Shown: piece by piece, positions 9,006 through 18,900 of the stretch
Numbering within the stretch: position 1 is the stretch's first letter
Layout: every line of letters begins with the position of its first letter
Assembly (NCBI GenBank): GCA_023248155.1
Contig: JAHFFE010000003.1
Coordinates: 212,159 to 276,158, forward strand
Source: Candidatus Omnitrophota bacterium
GTDB lineage: Bacteria > Omnitrophota > Gorgyraeia > 1-14-0-20-64-10
Length of the DNA stretch: 64,000 nucleotides
Direction: 5' to 3'
The notes under the pieces: generated by a model
Told to the model about the DNA's origin: nothing
Seen by the model: only the letters and a program-made list of their open reading frames with translations
Databases searched by the model: none
Position numbers and translations under genes: made by a program

Positions 9006-9359
9006 TTAGGTTCCGGCAATCTTATCGAGCACGATCTCGATACGGGTCTTATCCTGCGGTGAAAGATTTGAGAACTCAATGCCGGTATCGAACGCCATCT
9101 TCTTGCCCAACTCACGGCGACGAACCACCCAAACAATCGTTCCCTTTACCTCAATAGGCGGCTTTCCGTCTTCCAGGTGAAGTTCCAAACCGGCTGGCGA
9201 GAAAATATCGAATTCCTGTTCGAGCATCAGGCAGACGCCGCCGAGCCCCAGATTTTCGGTAAGGGCGGGAATCGTTGAATATTTACCGCCCTGGCTCATC
9301 GAAACGGTACAGTGATAACCCACGCGCGGAAAACGCCTCTGATTCATTCCCTGCCACAC
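9006..9359 (-). CDS. PilZ-domain protein (c-di-GMP receptor)
   Basis: Contains RRFPRV and NLGLGGV. GTG start with an AAGGAGGG RBS 6 nt upstream. Confidence 0.75.
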   Translation of the reverse strand: MWQGMNQRRFPRVGYHCTVSMSQGGKYSTIPALTENLGLGGVCLMLEQEFDIFSPAGLELHLEDGKPPIEVKGTIVWVVRRRELGKKMAFDTGIEFSNLSPQDKTRIEIVLDKIAGT

Positions 9360-9471
9360 GGGTCTGCCCTCCTTAGGTTGCTATTGATACCGGTCTCACT
9401 ATTCTATCGTAAACGAAACGGTAGTCAAATTGCATCGCCATAATAAACATGCTATGTTAAAAGCATCGGCC

Positions 9472-10353
9472 ATGTATGAAACCTTTTACGGATTCAGCGA
9501 AAAACCGTTCCATGTCACGGCGGATCCTTCTTTTCCCTATCCATCCCATCAGCATCAGGAAGCGCTGGCCCACTTAAAATACGGCGTCTTGCAGCGGCTG
9601 GGATTTATCCTGCTGACCGGTGAAATCGGAACCGGAAAAACAACGGTTGCAAAACGGCTGATGCAGGAACTTCCGCATCCGGTACGAACCGCGCTGATTC
9701 TTAATCCAATGCTCAACGCCACCCAGCTTCTGCGCGCGGTTCTGCGCGATTTACAAGCGACAGCCGATTTCCAGAATTCAACGGCCACATCCGTGCTTCC
9801 TTCCCAAAAAGGCGACCTGTTAATCGCCATAGAAAAACTCCTGTTGAAAGAAGCGCATGCCGGCGGAAATGTGGTGATCCTGATCGACGAAGCGCAAGAC
9901 CTCAGCGCTCCCGCGCTGGAACAGCTGCGCCTGCTATCCAACATCGAAACAACCAAAACAAAATTGCTTCAGATTATTCTCGTTGGACAGCCGGAACTGA
10001 CCCAGCGTCTCAACACCGATCCGCAACTCAGCGCGCTGCGGCAGAGGATCGCGATCCGTTACGAAATTCTTCCGCTGGACAGCTCGGAAGTCTCCGCTTA
10101 TATTCTGCATTGTTTGGAACGGGTTTGCCAAGCCGAGAGCCCCTGCTTTACTTCCGAGGCAATCAGCAGGATCACGGAATTTTCGCGCGGAAATCCCAGG
10201 CAAATCAATCTGCTGTGCGACCAGGCTCTGCTGGCCGGCTTCGTGCATGATTCTCGAACGATCGATGAATTGATGATTCAGCAGGCCGCCGTGATCGTCC
10301 GCGGAAACGGCCCCGCCGAAACCAACGAGGCGCCGCATGAGCTTAATCGCTGA
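9472..10353 (+). CDS. ExeA/GspA/MshM-like AAA ATPase with no periplasmic peptidoglycan-binding domain
   Basis: N-terminus MYETFYGFSEKPFHVTADPSFPYPSHQHQEALAHLKYGV is ExeA-like. P-loop LTGEIGTGKTT and Walker B VILIDEAQ. The start is set at the ExeA-conserved MY, downstream of the TTG ORF start. Confidence 0.75.
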   Translation: MYETFYGFSEKPFHVTADPSFPYPSHQHQEALAHLKYGVLQRLGFILLTGEIGTGKTTVAKRLMQELPHPVRTALILNPMLNATQLLRAVLRDLQATADFQNSTATSVLPSQKGDLLIAIEKLLLKEAHAGGNVVILIDEAQDLSAPALEQLRLLSNIETTKTKLLQIILVGQPELTQRLNTDPQLSALRQRIAIRYEILPLDSSEVSAYILHCLERVCQAESPCFTSEAISRITEFSRGNPRQINLLCDQALLAGFVHDSRTIDELMIQQAAVIVRGNGPAETNEAPHELNR

Positions 10354-10852
10354 CGCACTCAAGAAAGCGGAAAAGCAGCAGCAATTCGGCTCTGCCGCCG
10401 CAGCAAGTGTTCCTCCGCCGCTGTCCCAAGGAAAACCACCGAAAAAAAATAATGGGCCCTGGCTATTATTGGTTTTAATCTTGATTTTAACGGCGGCCGC
10501 CGCTGCATTTGGGCTATGGACGCAAGCGCGCAAACCTTTACCCGCCGCTGTTCAGGCAACGATCATTCCGGAACCACCGCCGCCACCGGCAGAAAAACCG
10601 GTCGCGGTTGAATCGCCTGAGCCGATTGAAGAAATGCCGCCTGCCGAATTACCGCCGCAAAAACCGCCCGCGCCGGCGTTGTCGTTGACGGGAATCGTCC
10701 GGGGAACCTCTGCCAAAGATTCTCTCGCGCTGATCAACAACAAAACGCTGCGCGAAGGCGACCGCATTGAGGGGTTTACTGTTAGTTCAATCAGAGAAAA
10801 GGAAGTTGAGCTGCGGGACGAATCGGGTGAAGTTCGGCTTCTTTCTTACTGA
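10337..10852 (+). CDS. GspB/ExeB-like bitopic protein
   Basis: Cytoplasmic N-terminus, one TM helix, a Pro-rich linker and a C-terminal LTGIVRG...ALINNKTLREGDRIEGFTV...VELRDESGEV domain (GspB_C / PilP-like). Overlaps the ExeA-like gene by 17 nt. Confidence 0.65.
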   Translation: MSLIADALKKAEKQQQFGSAAAASVPPPLSQGKPPKKNNGPWLLLVLILILTAAAAAFGLWTQARKPLPAAVQATIIPEPPPPPAEKPVAVESPEPIEEMPPAELPPQKPPAPALSLTGIVRGTSAKDSLALINNKTLREGDRIEGFTVSSIREKEVELRDESGEVRLLSY

Positions 10853-11538
10853 AGGCGGACGAACGCGTCTTTAAAATCTTTGAAGCGGGAATCCCCTTCC
10901 AACCGGGCACGCGCCTGATCGGCCTCTTCCTGCGTTACAAAAGTTCCCATATAAACGCGGTAGCGGGGTTTTCCATCTTTGCGGGGAGCATCCAGCAGGA
11001 ACGGTTCATATCCCAGATTGGCAAGATAAACGACTGTTTGATCCGCCCGGTTCTTAATATCATAGACGGCCACCTGAACAGTGTACGGCGTAGGATCAGC
11101 GCCGATCATGGGTGGGGATGCTTGCAGTTTCTGAACGCCGAACAGATAACCGGCCGCTGCCAATAGCAGAAAGACGCCGAACAGATGGCTGACCCATCCC
11201 TGTTTTGAAGAAACGACTACCGCTTCGGTATTCGAAACGGTTTCCGGGCGGGTTTCAATCTTACGGATCTGTTTCTGTAAAATTTCTTTTTCTTCGCGCA
11301 AAGAGATTAATTCCGACCGCAGCTGTTTTAATTCGCCCGATAAAATCTCGGTGCCGGTCCATGTTGGTTCCGACGGCGCAGCCGGCATCGCCGGTTTTTT
11401 CTTTCCGGCAATTGATCCGTACAACCGGTCATGAATCTCAGATTCGGAAAGCGGGCGCGGAGCCTGTATGGGATTGTTTGACTTGTTCATGTAATCTTTA
11501 GCACGTAACGGACCAGCGTGACACCGCCCAAACTCCAT
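10846..11538 (-). CDS. SPOR-domain protein (peptidoglycan-binding, division-septum associated)
   Basis: The C-terminus YTVQVAVYDIKNRADQTVVYLANLGYEPFL...YRVYMGTFVTQEEADQARARL is a SPOR domain. One TM helix and a coiled-coil middle region. Confidence 0.7.
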   Translation of the reverse strand: MEFGRCHAGPLRAKDYMNKSNNPIQAPRPLSESEIHDRLYGSIAGKKKPAMPAAPSEPTWTGTEILSGELKQLRSELISLREEKEILQKQIRKIETRPETVSNTEAVVVSSKQGWVSHLFGVFLLLAAAGYLFGVQKLQASPPMIGADPTPYTVQVAVYDIKNRADQTVVYLANLGYEPFLLDAPRKDGKPRYRVYMGTFVTQEEADQARARLEGDSRFKDFKDAFVRLQ

Positions 11539-11945
11539 TCGCCTTCCGGCTGAAACCCTTTTAACTGGCAGAGCTGAATCGCTTTTTCCATGCCGGCCGA
11601 TGTGCGGATAATCACCTGCTTAAAACCGCGCTTCTTGCAAAAAACCAGCGCGGCATCGAGCAATGATGTTCCGATTCCCTTGCCGCGAATGGCCGGATCA
11701 ACAAAAAAGCGGCGCAGGATCGCGGTCTTCGCATCTTCGGCTTTCACGCCGCAGGTACCGACAATTTTATTCTGATCTTCAGCAACCATGAAAATGCTGG
11801 CGGGGCCCTGATACGACTGTGTCAGGCTTTGTAAATCTTCGGTGGAATACGCTACTTGGTCTTTCGGGAACTCGCTGGTGAGAATTCGAGTGATCAACTG
11901 TGTGATCTCTGCTGTATCAGAAGGTTGGCTGGTCCGAATATTCAC
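11487..11945 (-). CDS. GNAT-family N-acetyltransferase
   Basis: RRFFVDPAIRGKGIGTSLL is the acetyl-CoA-binding motif. Confidence 0.75.
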   Translation of the reverse strand: MNIRTSQPSDTAEITQLITRILTSEFPKDQVAYSTEDLQSLTQSYQGPASIFMVAEDQNKIVGTCGVKAEDAKTAILRRFFVDPAIRGKGIGTSLLDAALVFCKKRGFKQVIIRTSAGMEKAIQLCQLKGFQPEGEWSLGGVTLVRYVLKIT

Positions 11946-12009
11946 TGATAAAAATCCGATGTCCTTGAATGCATGTATATTAACGCAAACGGCGATAAAC
12001 TGTCAAACG

Positions 12010-12870
12010 CTAAGAAGGGGGCCCTAGGACATGCTCCAAAGCGGCCTTAGCGGCCTCCTGACTGGCCACTTTCTTGCTGGGACCATTGCCCTGCCCGTAG
12101 ATCTTTCCACCCCATCCAACAGAGACAACAAACCGGCGCCCATGGCCTGGACCCGATTCACCAACCAGATGATAAGACGGACTGGCCTTGAAATAGCGCA
12201 GCACATACTCCTGCAGCAGCGACTTGTAATCGGTTGAAGTGGTTCCGGCCTCGACTTCTGTGATTTGATCGCGTAAAAGCCGGCGGATTAATTTCGCGGC
12301 CGGTTCCAACCCCCTGTCGAGAAAAATGGCGCCCAGCACCGCTTCGAGAGCGGAGCCGATCACCGACGGCCGCTGCGCTTCACCGCGCGAAGCTTCCCCC
12401 TGGCCTACTAAAATCCAACGGTCCAGATTCATTTTCAGCGCGATCTCGCCCAACGTCACGCGGCTGACCACCTGCGATTTGACTTTGGCCAGATCGCCCA
12501 CTTCCGAATCCGGATAAAGTCTGTAGAGTTGTTCGGCCACAACCAGTCCGATCACGGAATCGCCGAGAAATTCCAGCGTTTCATTGTCGCCGGAGGGAAC
12601 TTCATCTTTCTGGCTCTGCCGGTAAGAACGATGGATCAGCGCCTGATGCAGCAGCGCCAGTTTCCGGAAACGGACGCCCAGCACCCGCTCCAATTGGTGC
12701 AGTTGCGCAACCCGTTTCTTATCCAGAGTGGAAACCGTCAAAAAGAAAATGGCTACTCCTCCCAATAAGTCCGGATTGCGGCGCGAATAACCGGTTCGGG
12801 AATTCCTTCGCGAACCGTGCAGCGGCCGATACCGGTCGGAAGCACCCACCGGTTGCGGGAGCGGACCCAT
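12010..12870 (-). CDS. rnc: Ribonuclease III
   Basis: ETLEFLGDSVIGLVVAE is the RNase III signature, and a dsRBD lies at the C-terminus. The true start is probably internal (a TTG near 12738). The ORF-track start would overlap aroB by 118 nt. Confidence 0.8.
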   Translation of the reverse strand: MGPLPQPVGASDRYRPLHGSRRNSRTGYSRRNPDLLGGVAIFFLTVSTLDKKRVAQLHQLERVLGVRFRKLALLHQALIHRSYRQSQKDEVPSGDNETLEFLGDSVIGLVVAEQLYRLYPDSEVGDLAKVKSQVVSRVTLGEIALKMNLDRWILVGQGEASRGEAQRPSVIGSALEAVLGAIFLDRGLEPAAKLIRRLLRDQITEVEAGTTSTDYKSLLQEYVLRYFKASPSYHLVGESGPGHGRRFVVSVGWGGKIYGQGNGPSKKVASQEAAKAALEHVLGPPS

Positions 12871-13856
12871 TTTTTATCGTGCGCCATCGCATTCCAGACC
12901 CGGTCCCATTGAACGCCGCGAATATGCGCCGGCAGACCAAAGCGGTTGATCAAGCTGTTGATCCGGTCCGCGTCCTGTTTTGAGATCACCTTCATGCGCC
13001 GCGCGATCTCCGAAGCAACGCGCATTCCCAAAGCGACCGCTTCGCCATGAGCAAATCCGGTATAACCGCCGGCGGCCTCGACGGCATGCCCCACCGTATG
13101 ACCAAAATTTAAAATCGTGCGGATGCCCTTTTTCTCGTGCTCGTCCTGCTCTATCGTTTTCGCTTTCACGGCCGCAGCGCGCGCAATAACCCAGGCCATT
13201 GCTTTTTCGTCGGCACGCAGCGATACGATGGTTTCCTGTTCCAGGCGGTCAAATAAAACGGAATCGCGGATCACGCCGCATTTGATAATTTCGGCCATCC
13301 CGGAACGAACCTGGCGGTCCGGCAGCGTACGCAAAAAAGAGATCTCTTCAAAAACCAGCCGCGGCTGATAAAACAAACCAACCAGATTTTTTCCCTGCGG
13401 AAGATCGACGGCCGTTTTTCCGCCGATCGATGAATCGACCTGTGCCAGCAACGTGGTGGGCAGCTGCACGCATGGAATACCGCGGCGATAAAGACCGGCC
13501 GCAACGCCGCCCAGATCACCAATGACTCCGCCTCCCAGCAGCACCAGAAAAAGACAGCGGCCCGGTTTTTGCAATCGGGCAAGTTCCGTCAGCAGCTTTC
13601 CTAAAACGGCAAGACTCTTGCTTCGTTCCGAATCGGGCACCGTCAGCGGATGAACGGCAAATCCCGCTTTCTTTAACGAAGCAGTCACCGGTTTCCCGTG
13701 CGCCCGGAAAACCGTGCGGTTGCTCAGCAAAACCGCGTCAGTCCCGATATCCAGAGAACGGATACGGGAACCGAGCGAAGATAAATGCTCCGAACCGATT
13801 ACGATTTCGTAAGAGCGAGTTCCCAAATAAACCGGAATTTCCTGAATGAGCCCCAT
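12753..13856 (-). CDS. aroB: 3-dehydroquinate synthase
   Basis: GGGVIGDLGGVAAGLYRRGIPCVQLPTTLLAQVDSSIGGKTAV and the NFGHTVGHAVE metal site. Confidence 0.85.
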   Translation of the reverse strand: MGLIQEIPVYLGTRSYEIVIGSEHLSSLGSRIRSLDIGTDAVLLSNRTVFRAHGKPVTASLKKAGFAVHPLTVPDSERSKSLAVLGKLLTELARLQKPGRCLFLVLLGGGVIGDLGGVAAGLYRRGIPCVQLPTTLLAQVDSSIGGKTAVDLPQGKNLVGLFYQPRLVFEEISFLRTLPDRQVRSGMAEIIKCGVIRDSVLFDRLEQETIVSLRADEKAMAWVIARAAAVKAKTIEQDEHEKKGIRTILNFGHTVGHAVEAAGGYTGFAHGEAVALGMRVASEIARRMKVISKQDADRINSLINRFGLPAHIRGVQWDRVWNAMAHDKKWVRSRNRWVLPTGIGRCTVREGIPEPVIRAAIRTYWEE

Positions 13857-13859
13857 CGT

Positions 13860-14450
13860 TTATAACCTCAACCAGTTTGCCAGTATTTCAACTACCGGCC
13901 AGATCAGCCGATCGGTCACGCCCAGCCAGAGCAATCCAATCACCAGCACAATTCCCCATCGTTCCAAAAAAATGAGCACCGCAGACCAGCGCTCCGGCAA
14001 TAACCCGGCCAGCACGCGCGACCCATCCAGCGGAGGAACCGGCAGCAGGTTAAACACGCCCAGCGCCAGACTGAGTACCGCGCCGGTACGCAGCAGCTCT
14101 AAAACCAGCGGCGGCAGCACCGGATTGAGACCATGGACAACAACGGCCACAACGATTGCCAGCAAAAAATTGGAGACAGGCCCTGCAGCGCCGACTAAAA
14201 TCATATCGCGCCGGGGTGACCGGAATTTCCATGGACTGATCGGAACCGGCTTGGCCCACCCAAATACAAACGGCGCATTGAGAAATAACAATAACAACGG
14301 CAGAAAAACCATGCCGGTCCAATCCATATGCTTCAACGGATTTAACGTTAACCGGCCGGCCTGCGAGGCGGTATCATCACCGCACCAGAGCGCCACCACG
14401 CCATGGCTGAGTTCATGCAACACGACAGCCGCCATGAATAACGGAAACAA
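13860..14450 (-). CDS. Site-2 protease family (M50) zinc metalloprotease, small form
   Basis: HELSHG is the HExxH motif inside a transmembrane helix. The protein is polytopic with an LDGS motif. Confidence 0.7.
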   Translation of the reverse strand: MFPLFMAAVVLHELSHGVVALWCGDDTASQAGRLTLNPLKHMDWTGMVFLPLLLLFLNAPFVFGWAKPVPISPWKFRSPRRDMILVGAAGPVSNFLLAIVVAVVVHGLNPVLPPLVLELLRTGAVLSLALGVFNLLPVPPLDGSRVLAGLLPERWSAVLIFLERWGIVLVIGLLWLGVTDRLIWPVVEILANWLRL

Positions 14451-14479
14451 CAGCGCGAACGAAACAACCGATTCGGTAT

Positions 14480-14860
14480 TCAGCGGACAGTAGCTCCCGG
14501 ACCGATCGGACTCTCGGGCGAAACCAGCGTCAACGCGCCCTGCCCGTCGCTGGCGGCCAGGATCATGCCGTTCGATGGTTCACCGCGCAACAACGCGGGT
14601 GCGAGGTTATCAACGATCACGACTTTTTTTCCGACCAACTGGTCCGGCGTATAATGCCGAGCGATGCCGGCGATGATCTGTTTCTTCTCGGTGCCGGTAT
14701 CGACTTGAAGCACCAGCAGTTTATCGGCGTTGGGATGCAGCTTGGCTTCAACCACAACCGCCACTTTTAGCTGAATTCTTGAGAAATCGTGAATCGAAAT
14801 TTTCTCGCTCACAGCTTCAGGGGCCGCCGGAGGCGGTTGCGGAGTTTGTTCGCTACTCAT
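14480..14860 (-). CDS. tRNA-binding protein (CsaA/Trbp111/YgjH family)
   Basis: IDLRVG-like core (IQLKVAVVVEAKLHPNADKLLVLQVD) with an OB fold. Confidence 0.7.
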   Translation of the reverse strand: MSSEQTPQPPPAAPEAVSEKISIHDFSRIQLKVAVVVEAKLHPNADKLLVLQVDTGTEKKQIIAGIARHYTPDQLVGKKVVIVDNLAPALLRGEPSNGMILAASDGQGALTLVSPESPIGPGATVR

Positions 14861-14897
14861 GACGAAATCGATTCCTCCAATGGGCTAAAATGGTTTT

Positions 14898-14927
14898 GGG
14901 CGGAAGAGACGACTCGCTCTTCCGCCC
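14898..14927 (-). other. Perfect 11-bp stem-loop 3' of the 14951-15247 gene
   Basis: GGGCGGAAGAG-N8-CTCTTCCGCCC. No clean U-tract follows it. Confidence 0.3.
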
Positions 14928-14950
14928 ATCCCGCAATGAACTGATGCAGA

Positions 14951-15247
14951 CTACTTCTTGGGTTTGGCAGCGTTACCCGCCGGAGCTGCCGCCGTTTTGG
15001 CTGCACCCGCCGCCGGAGCCGCAGCTCCCGGCTTGGCTTCAGTACCGGCCGCGTCTGTCGTGGCCGCCGCTTTTTCCTTGCGCACTTTCACCTTCAGATG
15101 CCGCACTTTGGGCATACCTATTACGGAACCGGACGTTAAGTCGAGTTTGCCCTTCTCCTGAAGAACCTGAACGCGCTCAAGACGCGACAGCACCGACCGG
15201 TGCCGTTTCATGGTATTGGATGATTTTAAACTCGGATGAATCGACAT
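14951..15247 (-). CDS. Small basic protein with an Ala/Lys/Pro-rich histone-H1-like tail
   Basis: The N-terminus MSIHPSLKSSNTMKRHRSVLSRLERVQVL is followed by AAKPGAAAPAAGAAKTAAAPAGNAAKPKK. Confidence 0.5.
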   Translation of the reverse strand: MSIHPSLKSSNTMKRHRSVLSRLERVQVLQEKGKLDLTSGSVIGMPKVRHLKVKVRKEKAAATTDAAGTEAKPGAAAPAAGAAKTAAAPAGNAAKPKK

Positions 15248-15265
15248 CGAAATCCTCTCTTTTGT

Positions 15266-15865
15266 TTATGAAACCGACGGTTGCTTGATAAACGCGTCGC
15301 GGTAAATTTTTTTAAGCGTCAGCAACGCTTTTTCCGCATCAATGCGGGACGCAAAACCGACGGCACGAAGCTCAAAATATTTGTTCTGCTTCACCACCAG
15401 CGCCTGCACTCCCTTTCGCTGCAGCCGCTGTACTTCCGACTGGGCCGACTGATTGCCCGCGTAACTGGCCAATTGAATCGCATAAGTATTTTTGCCCTTC
15501 TGACCGGCCGCTGACGGAGCCGGTACAACCGCCGGCGCCGGAATCACCGGCGCGGGACGGCGCATTTGAACATCGGCCGCGGCGATAACGCCCTCTGAAA
15601 GATCCGCAGACTGTTCGACGACAGCCGGCCGCGCGGCAACCGGACTGGAAACGGAAACTGCCGCAGAAGATCTCCCGTCGATCTGCTTGCCTCTTTCCAC
15701 GCCCAAACAAAAAGAAGCCAAAACAACCAGCATCAAACCGAGCAGACCGAACACAATATCTTCATAAGCAACTTTTAAATGAAGAAAACGGCCGGCAAAA
15801 GTCGGGAAATGAAATGCCTTCTGTTTCTCAGATTGTAAATCAACGAAAAGTTCGGACTGCATCAT
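15266..15865 (-). CDS. SPOR-domain protein
   Basis: One TM helix and a Pro/Ala-rich linker. The C-terminus YAIQLASYAGNQSAQSEVQRLQRKG...YFELRAVGFASRIDAEKAL is a SPOR domain. Confidence 0.7.
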   Translation of the reverse strand: MMQSELFVDLQSEKQKAFHFPTFAGRFLHLKVAYEDIVFGLLGLMLVVLASFCLGVERGKQIDGRSSAAVSVSSPVAARPAVVEQSADLSEGVIAAADVQMRRPAPVIPAPAVVPAPSAAGQKGKNTYAIQLASYAGNQSAQSEVQRLQRKGVQALVVKQNKYFELRAVGFASRIDAEKALLTLKKIYRDAFIKQPSVS

Positions 15866-15922
15866 GGCAGATTTATTTTAACACAGGCCCCTACGGCAGA
15901 CAACAATAAGTAGGCGTTCTAT

Positions 15923-18900
15923 TTACGCTTTGGAAGCCGGGCACAATGTCCGAAAATCGCACCATTTGCATTTGATGGCTGACGGTATCGGATCAAAATT
16001 CCCGCTGCGAATCAACTGCGTCAATTCAAAAACCCGCTCGCGCGTTGCGTCCAGATCTTCGGCCTGCTGAGGGAACGACAGCGCCGTTTGATCCCGCAAA
16101 TAATAAAAAGTCGCCTGCTTCGGATCGAGTCCGAACAAATCGCGCGCGGCCAGCGCATACAGCCGGATTTGCAGCTGTCCTTCGCTGGTGGCACCTTCCT
16201 TCGGCTTGCCCGATTTATAATCGATAATTTCAACACCGCCGCCCGGCAGCGGATCGATCCGGTCAATAAAACCATGCACCGCCACTTCCCCGATTTTTAA
16301 TGTGAACTCTTTTTCCAGAAACAGAGGCGTGGTCCAGTTTTTTTCATGCTTCCGGTAATAGGCCTGCAAAATTTCATCGCCCAGTTTTTTATACTGCGCG
16401 TCGACATACGCTTCGCCGTAGCGCCCCGTCTCATACAATTTTTCATAATGCGCGGCCAGTTCTTCCCGCGGCGGCGTGTTTCCCTCGATTCTTTGCTGGT
16501 AGAACCATTCCAGCGCGTCATGCAAATCGGTTCCGAACAACATGTACGGCGCGCTTTTAACCGGGATCCGGTAGACATAAGCGTAAAGATATTTCAACGG
16601 GCAATAGCGGTAGGTCTCCATCTGAGAAAAGCTGAGCCGCTCCGGCAGCGGGACCGGTTTCTTTACCGGCAGTTCCGGCGAAAGAACCGGCTCCACCGAT
16701 TTGGCAAACAGTTCAATCTGTCCGATCAACTGCTGCCGGTCCTTTATCTGCGCCGGACCGGTCTGACGCAGCTGATCCAACAGATCGAGCCATTCCCTCT
16801 CCTGCACCAGCAAGGTCCGTTCGGGATTCGATTCCAGAATCGTTGTTTCGGAGGGAGCGGCCGGTTCGGAAGCACGGAATTCTTTCCACTCTTCGGCAGC
16901 GGCACCTGCGGCCATTTCACGTAAAAAAACAGACGGGCGGTACCGGGACCGGTCCTGTGTCAGCAAAACCAGCTGCCGCTGCGCGCGCGTGCAGGCGACG
17001 TAACACAGCCGGCGTTCTTCCTGCAGATGATAATCGCCCTTCGGAAGGGATTCCTTCATTAAATCGAGCGGAAACGGAATCGCCTCCGACCGGGCCCGGC
17101 CCGGAAACCGGTTCTGCACCATGCCGAGCAAAATCACCTGATCAAATTCAAGACCCTTGGCCTGATGAACCGTCATCAAACGGACACCGTCCTGGCGCGC
17201 ATCATCCGATTCCTCATCGGAGCCGAGATCCGATGACGGCGCCTTCTCCAGACAATCCAGGTAGACCAGAAAATCGGGCAGCCGCGCCGCTTTCGGATAG
17301 GTCTGCACAAAACGCGATACCAGCCGCAAAAAACGGCCCAGCAGCATCCAGGGATTTCCCTGCTCCGTCGGAGGAAGCCGGAAAATCACTTTCAGGAAAC
17401 TCTCAGAGACAATGTGATTGACCAGCAGATCAATTTCCATGCGCGCGGCGCAGTCGCGCAGCTGTGAAATTTCTTCAAGCAGCTGCCGCACCGGCTGAAC
17501 CGCTTCCGCGGAAATCAACCCGCCGGGGATTGTTTTCAACAGCGGATAAATTTGCATTTTCCGTTCGCGCGCGAGCCGCGTGATCGCCAGAAGATCTTCC
17601 GCCGCGATGCCCCAGACCGGATGCGCCAGTAACCGGAACAAACTGACCGAATCGTCCGGATTGTCGACCACGCGCAGCAGCGCCGTTAAATCGCGGATCT
17701 GCGGCTGTTCCATCAGATCAAATCCGCCGCGCACCGAGAACGGGATGCCCTCGCGGCGAAGCCGCTGCAGCAACTTGTCGCGATGCGCATGCGCCCGGTA
17801 CAGCACGGCGGTCCGGTCCCAGCGGCGTTCCGCTTCCGGCTGAGACTGATACCGCTGGCGGATAATCCGCAGCGCCGTTTCCGTCTCGTGCAGATCGTCG
17901 AGGCAGTATTCCACCTGAACCGGAATCATTTCCTTGTTGTCGGTCCACAACTTTTTCTGGGGATCATAACGGTCCGGTTCGTTGTGCCGGATCAGCCGTT
18001 CCGATGCGGCCAGAATCGCCGGGCCGGAGCGGTAATTTTGCGTCAGGCGAACCGTCGCCAACGATGGAAAAGCCTCTTTCATCAGCAAAAAACTGGAGAA
18101 CGACGCGCCGCGGAACCGGTAAATCGCCTGATCATCGTCTCCGACGACGCAGAGGTCGGCCTGCGGCCCGGCCACCAATTTCAACAATTCAATCTGGGCA
18201 ACGTTCGTATCCTGAAATTCATCCACCAGGATCAGGCGAAACCGCTGCCGCATCTGCTGCAGCAGCGCGGGCCGCTCTTTCAGCGCGCGAATCGTTTCAA
18301 CAATCAGATCGCCAAAATCCAGAAAACCGGCCTCATGCATCCGCTGCTGGTAAATCCGGTAAGCGCGCGCGATCTCTTCGGCCTCGGAACGATCGCGCGA
18401 ATCCTGCTCCTGCTTGGACCGGGCCAGTAACTCCGCCGGGAAAACCAGCTCGTCTTTCGCGCGGCTGATAAAACGGAGAAACCCGTCGATTGATGCGGTG
18501 GGATCGGTTAAATTCCAGAAATGCTTCAGCTTTAATTCCGGCAGCAGCGAACGGAAGAAAATCCAGGCCTCGGTCGAATCAAGCAGGCGGAACCGCGCCG
18601 GAAGCCCCAGGCGGATGGCATGATCCTGCAAAAATGAATGGCAGAATCCGTGAAACGTGAAAAACTGAATCGATTCAGCGGCGGTATCGCAGAGCTGATC
18701 GACGCGCTGGCGCATCTCCTCGGCGGCCCTGCGCGAAAACGTAACGGCCAGAATCTGCCCGGGCTGCAGCTGCGGATCGGATGCCAGACGATAGGCAATG
18801 CGGTGCGCGATGACGCGCGTTTTTCCGGTCCCGGCGCCCGCCAAAATCAAGAGCGGCCCGGCCGGCGCGCAGACAGCGGCCTGCTGTTCAGGATTCAGGC

